A stretch of 64,000 nucleotides of DNA, taken from assembly GCF_046119375.1 (NCBI RefSeq), contig NW_027362767.1, positions 247,194,001 through 247,258,000 on the forward strand, read 5' to 3'. Below are positions 49,901-62,059 of this stretch, one piece after another. The translations under genes and the position numbers were made by a program. The notes beneath the pieces are model-generated. The model was not told where the DNA came from, did no database searches, and was given only the letters and a program-made list of their open reading frames with translations. Every line of letters starts with the position of its first letter. Position 1 is the stretch's first letter. Source of the stretch: Phyllobates terribilis. Its lineage: Eukaryota.

Positions 49901-50994
49901 CAGGTGCATCTCACTAGATTAGATCAAAAAGTGAATTTATTTCAGTTCTTCAATACAAAAAGTGAAACTTGTTATATAGAGTCATTACAAACAGAGTGAT
50001 CTATTTTAAGTGTTTATTTCTGTTAATGTTGATGATTAAGTCATTATCTCAGTAAATTAGAATACTTTATATCAACCGCTTGAAAAATGTTTTTAAAATC
50101 TGAAATGTTGTCCTACTGAAATGTCTGTTCAGTAAATGCCCTCAATACTTGGTCGGGCTCCTTTTGCATCAATTACTGCATCAATGCGGCAATGTGGCAT
50201 GGAGGCGATCAGCCTGTGGCACTGCTGAGGTGTTATGGAAGCCCAGGTGGCTTTCATAGCAGCCTTCAGCTCGTCTGCATTGTTGGGTCTGGGGTCTCAT
50301 CTTCCTCTTGACAATACCCCATAGATTCTCTATAATAGATTCTCTATGGGGTTAAGGTCAGGCGAGTTTGCTGCCAATCAAGCACAGTGATGCTGTTGTG
50401 TGTAAACTTTTGGCAGTGTGAACAGGGGCCAATTCCTGCTGAAGAATGACATTTCCATCTCCATAACATTTGTCGGCAGAGGGAAGCATGAAGTGCTGTA
50501 AAATGTCCTGGTAGACGGCTGCGCTGACTTTGGTCTTGATAAAACACAGTGGACCTCCACCAGCAGATGACATGGCTCCCCAAACCATCACTAATTGTGG
50601 AAACTTCACACTAGACCTCAAGCAGCTTGGATTGTGACCTCTCCACTCTTCCTCCAGACTCTGGGACCTTGTGGAGTGTGTCAATGACTGCCTTCTGGAC
50701 ATCTGTCAAGTCAGCAGTCTTCCCCATGATTGTGGAGCCTACTGAAACAGACTAAGGGACCTTTTTAAATGCTTAGGAAGCCTTTTCAGGTGTTTTTTGA
50801 TAATTATTCTGATTTACTGAGACTTTTGTGTTTTCATTGGCTGTAAGCCATAATCATTAACATTAACAGAAATAAACACTTGAAATAGATCACTCTTTAT
50901 GTAATGACTATATAATATGAGTTTCACTTTTTGTATTGAAGAACTGAAATAAATGAACTTTTTGATGATATTCTAATTTAGTGAGATGAACCTG
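49901..50994 (-). mobile_element. Internally deleted Tc1-family DNA transposon in SLC27A4 intron 1
   Basis: Termini CAGGTGCATCTCACTAGATTAGA and TCTAATTTAGTGAGATGAACCTG with long TIRs and TA on both flanks. Minus-strand transposase remnant VMVWGAMSSAGGGPLCFIKTKVSAAVYQDILQHFMLPSAD...QQELAPVHTAKS (50358-50702). Confidence 0.92.
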
Positions 50995-51559
50995 TATATA
51001 AACACATAGGAAGCCAGTACATCCATGGAGGCAGCATAAGGCCAAGTCCCCACGTGGTGGAAACACTGCAGACAATCCGCTACATTTACCCATTCCAGCA
51101 GAGTGGATGTGATGAACGCTCCTGGCCGCTGTGCGATTAAACACGCAGATTTAATCATGCAGGTTTTTAGTGCAGTCCTTTCCCCAATAGGCTCCTATGG
51201 AGAGGCTGAAAACTGCATGTAAAATCAGTACTGTTTTTTCATAAATGCAGAAACCCTGGGATAATAAAGACACATTAATAAAAAATCCAAGGAATGCACC
51301 AAAAAATTGGGAAACGCACAATAGAAAAAGCCATAGTCCGAGCAGATGTGCACCCTGTGGTCTGCAGAAAAATCGCAGTGTAATGTGTATGTGCATAATG
51401 TGGGGGGGGGGGTTCATAGAGAATAGGAAGAGGCGCGACTAATGGGAGAGATCCCATATACACACCATGTATATATACACACCATGTATACAGATGGAGG
51501 TGAGCGCAGTGCAGACCGGGTGTGCACAGGACACATGCGGGGTAATGCGTGGTGCATGC

Positions 51560-51990
51560 TGGGAGCTGTAGTGCGCACACAATGATAACAGGGCCGGTGA
51601 GTATCCCGCACACTGACCTGCAGTACTCGGCAGCTCGCAGCCCCCGCCGGCCGTCTGACGTCCTTCTCCGCCCGGCCCGGGTGTACTAAGATCTTCCGGG
51701 AGCAGCCCTGACATGCGGAGACACCATGCCCCGCCCTCCGCACAGCACGTGACGCCAGGAGCGGCTGGGAATTGTAGTCCCGACCTCACTACCTTCTGCA
51801 GAGCCGAGTACCTGAGGCGGCGCGCAAGGCATGGCGGGAGGTGGCGGCAGAGCCGCGGCCGCTGCGCGCAGACCGGAGCAGCCGATGGCAGATCGGGCGG
51901 ATATTATTGGGACTTGTCGTAAGGGGGAGGATGTGCAGCTGCTGTGCTACTACAACGCCCAGCATGCCTCGCAGGAGGAGCCGTGGACTC
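51560..51990. promoter_or_regulatory. CpG island, probable SLC27A4 promoter and non-coding exon 1 (minus-strand donor CAG|gtcagt, exon end 51618)
   Basis: CpG-dense, with a GC box, CACGTG, and ZNF143/THAP11-type motifs GGACTACAATTCCCAG (minus, about 51765-51780) and ACTACAACGCCCAGCATG (plus, about 51948-51966). The first coding exon has an acceptor only 4 nt before the ATG, so an upstream non-coding exon is required. Confidence 0.65.
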
Positions 51991-53578
51991 CAGTGCTCTG
52001 GGGCCGCTCTCATTCAAGTGAATAGAAGCAGAGCTGCAGTGTCCTTAGGTCCTGGACTAACCCCTGTAATGGGGGCGTGGGGGGGTACTCTCTGGGCCTC
52101 CTGCCCCCAGCGGGCATCAGAAGGGATCGCATTACTGTGTATCCCCTGCTCAGTTGTGGCTCCCCCACTGGCGGGGCAGAGAACTGCAGTAAGTCTCCTT
52201 CATTTGCTCTGCAGGGGAGGGCGGTGCGGAGACGAAGAACTGAAGAGGAGGCCGCAGCACTGTCGCCCCCTCATCCCCCTACAATCATTAAGTGAGGAGG
52301 ATACCCCATTAAAGGTGTTACATATATAACAGATATTTGGAGCAGAGAGGGGTCCGGTCAGTGGGGTCCCTGTTGCCATTGATCTCGTTTGATACCACAG
52401 CCAATTACGTGTGAATGATGGCAGCCGACAACTAGACCCTAGAAACACTTTCCTAAGGGGTCCCGATAAGTATCATAGTGTGAGCAAGACCACTAGATAG
52501 GGGTCTTACAGGACCCTGGGCCAGCAGCCATGTCAGTAGTCCAAGTCCTGTGGACGACCTCCTAGCTGCCGGCCTCCCGATTACTAGGCCTGGCGTGACA
52601 TCATCATGGCGGCATCTAACACTCATGACATCACGCCGGGCTTAGTAATCACATGAGGCGTCGGGGATGCCAATCAATAGCACGTTCCTGATAAAGTCAT
52701 CATCAGCTAAGTGCAGCCGGCCATGTACAGATTTTACTCCAAATTTGATATACTATGGTTTATTTATTTTTTTTAAATATATACACTGATACCCGTATAT
52801 CACAACACTCCAATTCCATAAGACATTCTTAGTTCACTATATAGTGCAGTTCTAAAGCACTGTGGTATATCGTACACTAAAGCACTGTGGAATATCAGAC
52901 GAGCCATAAAACAATCACTGGACCAAGTCCCCTAAGAGGACTTAAAAAAAAAAAAAAAGTCTCAAAAAGATCTTAAAGACGCAAATTAAGAAAAAGCTTA
53001 AAAACTGTAAAATTGTTTTACAAAAACTATATTAAAAGAGATAAAAAAAAACATTTTAGTATCACTGCAAAGTCCGATCTATCAAAATATTTGATTTAAC
53101 CCAAAACATAAAAATCATAAAGATGAAAATGTCACAATAGCCAAATTCCAGTCACCACCCCCTTCCCACCCAAATACAACACAAAGCAATCAAAAGGTGG
53201 TATAATCTCAAATATGGTGTCAAGAAAATTGGTCTGGCATGTAAAAAGCAAGCTTTCACACAGCTCCATCGCCAGAAAAGCGAAAAAGTTATGGTGTCAT
53301 TCAAAACTGCAACAAAAATATGTCTGCATACGTCTATGTTGATAATAAAAAAAAAAATAAAAAAAAAGTATGGCTCTTGGAAGAAAAAAAAAAAATTTGC
53401 CACATCAGGAAGGGGTTAAAAAAACAAGTAAGTAATGTTGCAAAGGACCAATGTAACTTGTGTTGTGTACACTGCCACCTTGTGGCTGAAAAGAAAACAC
53501 GTTCAATTTCATGCTGGTCACCAGAGATATAACATTGCCCAATGTTAAATTATTAAGTGACACCAATCAACTATGGAT

Positions 53579-53584
53579 TTTATT
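53579..53584 (-). terminator. Candidate SWI5 polyadenylation signal
   Basis: AATAAA on the minus strand about 400 nt after the stop codon, with a second copy about 14 nt away. Confidence 0.4.
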
Positions 53585-53986
53585 TTACATATTTTATTTT
53601 AATTAACAAATATACAAATTGTTACATTCCTAACTGGTTTATAATAAAACCTGCCTCCCATGCAAACAACGCAGGAGGTCAAACTTTGCAAGACCAACCA
53701 ATGAGAGTAAGGTAGAAGTGCTTATTTAACAGCGATTTGGCCATGCTTAGCCGACTGCTTTGTAAAAGTGCAGAGACTGGGGGTATACAAGTTCCCAGAC
53801 CTGTGCACACTCAGTAATAAGGACACCCCCATTCTTGGAATTAATAGGGCCGATCTGATTAAAAAGGAAACTGTTCATAGGGTAAAGGGCACAAACAACA
53901 TTTGGCATAGAGAGGAGTACGTACAGTCCTCGCTCAGGAGACCTCCATATGCCAGATCTGGACTAGGGCAAAGATCAAATTCATCC

Positions 53987-56403
53987 TCAATCGTCCAAGT
54001 CCAGTCCGAATTCTGCGTACAGATCCTTGGTGGTGACTCCTCGCACGGCAGCTGTAGATAAAACATGTCGTAATACCCGGCATTAGTCACAGGTCAAGGA
54101 ATCACCGCACGGGTGGCTTCTGACCCAGTTCCCCAATAGATATACCTTCCAATGTCGACCACGAGTGACTTCCCACATTGCAAAATGTACCATAGAGAAA
54201 AATGCATCTCCTTTATCCTACATTCATAAGACATAACTGTACTGCGACGGCCCTCTGTTATTCCTCATGGAAATATAGACATGAATTGATAACTGGGTGT
54301 TACCATCCCTTAGGATGCGAGCCTAGATACTGAGAAAGTGCAGGAATAAACCCTATTGAAAAGATGCATGGTACACCCAGGTGTCAGCTTTAGCCTATAT
54401 TTCCAGGAAGAACAAGAGAGGGATACAATGCAGAATTCTAAAAAAGGAGGCTCTTGAAATGTTTTTTTTTTATTCCTCAAGAGGGTCTTCTAAAATTACC
54501 GATTTGTGGGGGGCCGGACTTTTAGAACACTAGAGAGGCTTTTTCAGCATTAGATTTCACTTAAAGGGGTTGTTTACAATTAAAAAAAAACAAAAACTAC
54601 CCCAATACCGGGCAATATGATAATGTACCCCACTGCTCCCGATGCCTCTGCTGATCTTCGTTTACCACCATAATGTCATGTACATCTACGCGAGTGCCGC
54701 AGGTCTTGTGCCATACATTGGAGGCAGCAGTCACATAGACGTACATGACGTCATTGCTGCAGCAAAGAAGTGTCAGGGACCACCCGAGAATCTGAGATGG
54801 AGCTACAGGGGAATGAACACGATCACATTTCCTACTACTAGGATATTTTTTAAATTACAGACAACCCCTTTAAGAGACAAATTTTTGCCCACAGAACAAT
54901 TTTTTCTAATGTAGCGGCCTTCAAATCTCCGCTGTGCCAGGCTGAGAAGGATTATGTGTCGCGGCCCCTAAATTCACTGGCCGATTAGTAGATGCCATAG
55001 TACCCCCTAAATAAATAAGGGAGTCATGCTAATGTCTTAAAGGGAAGCAGTCAGGACTATCTTACTACAGGAACAAGTGATACAGCTGTATAGCTCCTAC
55101 TACAACAATAAAAACGATACCAGGCTTGTAGTAATCAGATTTGCCAGTGCAGAGAAATTGATCTTTGAAGCAACATGCAAATTAGACAGGAAGTGCACTG
55201 TGACGCGCGTCAACATATTCAATATGAGCACGCCCCCAATGCACTTCCTGACTAATTTGCATGCGACTTTCAAAGCTCAATATCTCAGCACTGGCACATA
55301 CGATTACTACAAGACAGGTATCGTTTTTATTGTTGTACTGGGACCTATACAGCCGTACCATTTCATTGGTAAAATTATCTGGATATTTAGAATTCTTACC
55401 TAGTCGGCCTAATAACATCTGTCCTGTATCCTTTAACTCATTGTATTCATGGAGAAGGGAGATGTGCTGGTCCAGTTCTTCTATGCAGAAGCCTCTGGAG
55501 AAAAGAAACCGGTAATGACACTGGGTTACTGTGGACCACTCCTCATATCCACGCATGGGGGAAAGGGGAAGGGGGTGGGAGTTGTCCCATCGAGCTCTAC
55601 CATGACCTCAATATTTACTTACTCTGCTTCAAGTTTCCTTATTTCTTCATCTAAGGAGCCTTCCTTGTGCTGCAGATCAGACATCTCCCTCTGCAGATCT
55701 CCATAAGTGGCAGGAGATTTGCCGACACTTGGAGATTGGACCTGCAGGTAGATCAGTGTAAGAGCTGCGGTTACATCATGTGTCTGCTCCTGACCACAGA
55801 TTTACGTCCTTGCTCAGATCTGACCTCACTGTCATCATACACGTTGGGCTCAGGCAAGCAGTTGAAATTTTTCTCTTTTCCCTCCAGGAGCGAGATGAGT
55901 GGCTTCCAAAAAAAAACATGGTGCCTCATCTCTTGGAAAGAAATTTTCAAAGCCTGTTTTTAGGATATGCCATCACTTTAGGAATGTGTGTGGTCAGACT
56001 ACAGATCCTAAAAATGGTGGGGTTGTTGTAGCTCTGCATCGTCCGCTTTCATGTTTTTCCGAGTGCCCGTAGTACAGCCCCATGAAAGCGAATGGATCTG
56101 GGTGCAGGACCCTGCACAGGTAGTCTGGGTGCTGCTGCTGTGCAGGGATAACTTAGAGAAGGGTGCAGCATTGCACTGGCATGATGACTCCTTTAAGAAT
56201 TGGCAGGGGTCCCCGAGGTCATGAAGTGATGACATATCCCGGCAATAAGTCATCACTTTATAGGATGGGAATAAAAATCATTGTTTTATTTCTTGAAAAC
56301 GTTTTTTCAATGAAAAGCGGCGACCACCTCATCTATCCTCATATCCCGACTTACCGGCGACTTAAATCCACCGTGACATCTTGATCTAATTCCTAAAGGA
56401 GTT
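53987..56403 (-). CDS. SWI5: DNA repair protein SWI5 homolog, exons 56355-56403, 55623-55741, 55400-55494, 53987-54051; 5' coding exon/start unresolved
   Basis: Spliced translation TPLGIRSRCHGGFKSPVQSPSVGKSPATYGDLQREMSDLQHKEGSLDEEIRKLEAEGFCIEELDQHISLLHEYNELKDTGQMLLGRLAAVRGVTTKDLYAEFGLDLDD* contains the Swi5/Sae3 core (LHEYNxxKDxGQxLxGxLA). Junctions are GT-AG and in phase. Confidence 0.92.
55085..55352. mobile_element. Palindromic MITE in the last SWI5 intron
   Basis: Arms of about 110 bp (ACAACAATAAAAACGATACC...AGGAAGTGCA vs TGCACTTCCT...GGTATCGTTTTTATTGTTGT). Confidence 0.8.
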
Positions 56404-57279
56404 CTGGGGGAAAAGCAGAAAAGATCGACAATTGGAAATCAGGGTCATATAAACAGATACTGCTGACAAGTTCTATGGCGAACGCCGGATTGGGAAATTT
56501 GCACAAAATCCAAAAACTACTTTTGTCCCTTACATTTTTTTTGCACATTATTTTAGAGCAAAAATTTTACATGACCCGTTGACTAAAATTTGGGATAAAA
56601 TTTCTGATGTACATAAAAAAAAAAAAACAAATACTCCAGGAAAAACTCAAGTACATTAGGGAAACAAGCATCACATGGGCCTGAAATCCCTCGCCGGGGC
56701 CCCGCACCGACACTGCACTGACGATTCTTCTGCCGCACATGCAGACGTCACCTCTGAGGCCAGTAACTGGCTGCAGCCATCAGCTTGGACTGGATTAGCA
56801 AGGACACTGGCGCCAAGGTGAATTTAACCCTTTCCTGACCAGATGACATGTAATTTTGAATGACGCTTGTGTCTCTACCATATGAGAAAACATTCCAAGT
56901 GCGGAGTAATCCGGCCTTTGTTCTTTGGGTCTTGTATTTATGGAGTTTCTGTGCGGTAATAATGACCCGAGAATGCAGGTCAGTGTGATTACGGTGATAC
57001 CAAATTTTTAGAGTTTATTTTTTTTAATGTTTAAACTGAACTTTGTAAAAAAAAAATGAAAAAAATAGTTTTTTGTTGCCATTTTCCATAACGTTTTTAT
57101 TTCTTCATTGTTGGAACTGTGGGAGGTCTTGATTTTTTATTTTTAAATCCCCCTTGGATCAGAGATTGACAGCAGCATTTAAATGGTTAAAGTGCAGCGA
57201 TCTGAGCGGGCCCTGATTGCTGCTGTCAGAGGCAGGTGCTGGCTGTATAACAGCTCACTCTGTACACCTGTACCTGGCG

Positions 57280-57835
57280 TAGAGGTTTGATTGCAGAGAA
57301 AAGTGTTTTTATAAACTCCGTTTTGCACAAGCTTGGGGTCCCCCAGACGCCAAGAAATCCCCACCTATATGCTTAGCTATCATATCCCCCCCCCCCCCAA
57401 GAACGTCACAGGGCCTTGTGACGCGCACTGTGCTCCCTGACTTCCTGGGCATGCACAAAGAGCCGCTCACAGAGCACGCTTTGCTTCATCCCGGCCCCGT
57501 CTCTCCATGCACTGCGCAGGCACTGGGAAGTAACAGTGATTCCCCGGCACCTGCGCAATAGAAACCTGCAGCGCAGTGCATGGAGAGACGGGGCCGGGAG
57601 GAAGCAAAGTGAGCTCTATGGGAGCGGCTCTTTGTGCATGCCCAGGAAGTCAGGGAACACAGTGCACGTCACAAGGCCCTGTGACATGCAGGGGGGTATG
57701 ATAATTAAGCATATAGGCAAGGATTTGGGGGAATAATAATCAGATAGGAGGGGATTTCTTGGCATCCCCCGGACACCAAGCCTGTGCAAAACGGAGTTTC
57801 TAAAAACACTTTTCTCTGCAATCAGACCTCTACTG
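57280..57835. mobile_element. Long foldback/palindromic element
   Basis: Inner arms 57404-57530 and 57565-57684 are near-perfect reverse complements. Outer arms at about 57280-57400 and 57690-57835 also pair. Confidence 0.85.
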
Positions 57836-58962
57836 TGGGCCATACAGTTATGTATAGATTTAGGGTATGTGCCCACGTAGCGTTTTACAAGCGTATATGC
57901 TGCGGAATTTTCGCAGCGTAAACGCTTGTTAATCCGCACCCCATGGTCCCCAATGAGAATCCGCACTTTCAATGCCCATGCTGCAGATTTTTCCACAGCG
58001 TTTATGCTGCGCTCAAATATCTGCAGCATGTCCATTAATTTTGCGGACACGCATGCGGAATTGCCTTGTCAATGCAATAAAAAACGCAAGGCAATTCCGC
58101 ATGTCCCAAACGCATCATAAACGCGCGAAAAACACTTGCTAAATTCCGCAAGCATTTTTCCGGGAGAGGACATGCGGAAATGAAGCAGAAATTTTCTGCT
58201 TCACTTCTGCAACGTGGGCACATAGCCTTACTTTTCTATAACCTGTATGCCCATAGTAGAGGTCTGATATCGCCCAGGGTGGTGACAGATCCCCTTTAAA
58301 TCACTTGCTGCACCCACATCTCGCTTGCCTGCCCCGATACACCTGTACGCTCAGTTTGGCTGAGCACACACATGTTCTTGATGAGGCTATCACCACCCGG
58401 GGGGGTGTCTCATCACCAGGGACAACAAAGGCTCAGGCCTGCTGAAATCCATGTCTGATCTGTGTCTCTCCCCAAGATCAAAAAAGCAGTTTGGGGAGGG
58501 GGGGCACCCCAAAGTCAGGAGACATTCCTCTAACGTGTACATAGTGTATACAGTACCAGGCCAGCGGTTTAATCACAGCCTTACTTCAATCCCTACAGAC
58601 ACTGGGACAGATGGCAGCATTTCTGAAGCTTCAGAGCTGCGTTCCATAATGGTGACTGGTGCCAGTATGACACATGATAATACCTGCGGAGACTGCTCCC
58701 CGGTCTGGGTGTCAGGGAGGAGACCGGTATCTGGGTGGGTGTCCCCCTTTGGGGAGCCCCCGGGGGGCTGGGAGACTCCACCGTGCAGCCTGGCTCCTCC
58801 GCACTCACAGGTCACGTGGCTGAGCGGAACCGAACACAGCGCCGGCAGAGAACTGCAAGGTTCTATCAGCTGACTTAGTCACATGACTGTCTGTCAGACA
58901 CGCCCCCCGGCCACATAACCAGTGTCTTCAGTTCTACAATGTAGGAGTGTAGCCTGCAGCCG

Positions 58963-58976
58963 CCACCAGAGGGCGC
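58963..58976 (+). promoter_or_regulatory. CTCF-like motif just upstream of the probable SWI5 5' end
   Basis: CCACCAGAGGGCGC matches the CCASYAGRKGGCRS consensus. Confidence 0.5.
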
Positions 58977-59450
58977 TGGATACACGTTTCTGCACTAATA
59001 CACTGTATTATGTGCACACTATCAGTAATGGCGGCAGATTGGATGCAGAGCACTTGTGCAGTGTGAAATCCGCAGCGGCCAGATGTTACAGCATAGTGGA
59101 TGGGATTTGTGGAAATCCCATGTCCACTATGTGTCTCTGTGCACCTGCGGATCACCAGTGGAGGCGGACATGTGGCGCGTGTTTTCAGACCGCAGCATAT
59201 CAATTTCTCTTGCGGAGATGCTAGTCTCTGCAAGAGAAATTATATCAGTGTAATGTATAGGAGGCGGTGAATCTGCATGGTTCAATGAACACATGTGGAT
59301 CCACCTGCGTGCAGCGCTTCTGACACTGCATAAAGTATCCTGCGTTCAAAGTGCTGACAATACCGACCGTGTGCTCATAGCCTTAGCACAGTGCTGAATC
59401 TTCACAGAGCGGCGTGATCTCAGCCCCAGGACTACTAGATTCTCACTTAA

Positions 59451-59640
59451 ACCATAGCCCCACTATCAGTATTCGGTCAGTATTTTTTTCTCAGGAGTGG
59501 GAGTCAAAACCAGGTGAGGAACAATCAGAAAAAGGTATAATAGAAACAAGTCACCAATTCTGCATTTATCACCCACTCCTGGTTTTGGCTTCCACTCCTG
59601 AGAAAAAATACTGACCGAATACTGATAGTGGGGCTGTGGT
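59451..59640. mobile_element. Hairpin MITE
   Basis: 59451-59514 is the near-exact reverse complement of 59577-59640. Confidence 0.8.
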
Positions 59641-59894
59641 CTGAGAAGTGCTGGAGAATCTAGTTGTCACATGACCGCAGATAAGCAAATCACATACTTG
59701 AGATCATGTGACCGCCCTCTAATGCTGAGAATAGCATTACACACTTGAGATTTGGCAATTTTTCTAGGTCCCTGGAAAACCCCTATGGTAAGTAGTGAGT
59801 ACCCCCTAGTGGCAGCTACAGGTACAACATTATCATAGATTTCTATCACATATAAACCAATCACCCAAAGAAATGGGTCAGAGCAACTCCTAAA

Positions 59895-61262
59895 TGGGGT
59901 CTTGTGTGGTGTGCCCGGTATATGGCGGGTCTTGTGGGGTGTCTCCGGTATATGGCGGGTCTTGTGGGGTGTCTCCGGTATATGGTGGGTCTTGTGGGAT
60001 GTCTCCGGTATATGGCGGGTCTTGTGGGGTGTCTCCGGTATATAGCGGGTCTTGTGGCATGTTCCTGGTATATCCCGGTATATGGCATGTCTTGTGGGGT
60101 GTTCCCGGTATACGGCAGGTATTGTGGAGTGTTCCCGGTATACAGCAGGTATTGTGGAGTATTCCTGGTATATGGCAGGTCTTGTGGGGTGTTCCCGGCA
60201 TATGGGGGTCTTGTGGTGTGTTTTCCCGGTATACGGCGGGTCTTGTGGGGTGTTACCGGTATACGTCGGGTCTTGTGAGGTTTCTCGGTATACAGAGGGT
60301 CTTGCTGGGTGCTCCCGGTATACGGCGGGTCCTGTGGGTTATTCCCTGTACACGCCAGGTCTTGTGGGGTGTTCCCGGTATACGGCGAGTCTTATGGGGT
60401 GTTCCCGGTATACGGCGGGTCTTGTGGGGTGTTCCCAGTGTACGGCGGGTCTTGTGGGGTGTTCCCGGTATACAGCGGGTTTTGTGGAGTGTTCCCAGTA
60501 TATGGCGGGTCTTGTGGGGTGTTCGCGGTATATGGGGGTCTTGTGGGGTGTTCCCGGTATACGGCGGGTCTTGTGGGGTGTTCTCGGTATACGCCGGGTC
60601 TTTTGGGGTGTTCCCGGTATACGCTGGGTCATGTGGGGTGTTCGCGGTATACACCGGGTCTTGTGGGGTGTTCCCAGTATACGCCGGGTCTTGTGGGGTG
60701 TTCTTGGTATACAGCGGGTCTTGTGGGGTGTTCTTGGTATACAGCGGGTCTTGTGGGGTGTTCCCAGTATACGCCAGGTCTTGTGGGGTGTTCCCGGTAT
60801 ACGGCGGGTCTTGTGGGGTGTCCCCGGTATATGGCGGGTCTTGTGGGGTGTTCCCGGTATACGCCAGGTCTTGTGGGGTGTTCCCGGTATACGCCAGGTC
60901 TTGTGGGGTGTTCCCGGTATACGGCGGGTCTTGTGGGGTGTTCCCGGTATACGGCAGGTCTTGTGGGGTGTTCCCGGTATACGCCGGGTCTTGTGGGGTG
61001 TTCTTGGTATACAGCGGGTCTTGTGGGGTGTTCCCAGTATACGCCAGGTCTTGTGGGGTGTTCCCGGTATACGGCGGGTCTTGTGGGGTGTTCCCGGTAT
61101 ACGGCGGGTCTTGTGGGGTGTTCCCGGTATACGCCGGGTCTTGTGGGGTGTTCCTGGTATACGCCGGGTGTTATAGGGTGTTCACTGTATACAGCGGGTC
61201 TTGTGGGGTGTTCCCGGTATACAGCGGGTCTTGTGGGGTGTTCCTAGTATAACATAGGTCTT
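59895..61262. repeat. 30-bp minisatellite, about 45 copies
   Basis: Unit GGTATACGGCGGGTCTTGTGGGGTGTTCCC. This explains the 452/374/312-aa repetitive ORFs. Confidence 0.97.
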
Positions 61263-62059
61263 GTGGGATGGAAACATCTGTAGGTTATTCCTCCCACCCT
61301 GTGATCTATACAGAACATAACACCTTTGTTTGCCTGTAGAGTAGACTGCATTCACACCCTGCCAAGATAGAGACGCCTTTCTACAGTGATAAAACCATGT
61401 GTCTCAGGATGGACTGATCCCTATATCGGGATGTGTAGCCTTACCAGGTGTACAGCCCACGTGCTCCCTGCTTCTTCCCAGACCCAAGAGCCAAAAAATG
61501 GTAGTGATACAGTAAAGGTTGTCAGGACTAAGACATTGATGACCCAGGAGATATCAGGACAGGAGATCAATATGGAGCTGATCTGCAGTACTCAACAATG
61601 GCCACGACACAGTTCCTGGCGCTGTGGGGTCCCGCTATGTACATCAGCCCCCTCGTGCGCGGCAAACAGCTGATCAGAGACCGCCGGGTGTCAGACCCCC
61701 ACCAATCTGATATTGACGACCCCCCTGAGGATAAACCACCAATACCTACCCCTCCATGTGCTCCTTAGTATATATCAGTCATGGAATGGGTCAGAAGCCA
61801 CACTGCTGTTAACCCTTTAAAGTGGAGATAGGGGATAACCTGGAAAAAGTAGTTTTTAAACTATTAAAAAAAAAACATTTAAACGCAAATATCCAGTGAA
61901 AAATAAAGAAATTATTACAAAATAAGCGTCCATAAAAGTCCGATCTATGAAAACATAAAATGTATTTATCGTACCAACCAGGGGAGGTAATCTGGATCTG
62001 GTAATCTGCTGGATCTGGTTCTGTCAAATAGACCAGATACAATTTCAGATCTACAGGTT

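Noticed and set aside
59894-61252. 452/374/312-aa ORFs, the longest in the track
   Set aside because: They are translations of a stop-free 30-bp minisatellite, open in several frames and on both strands.
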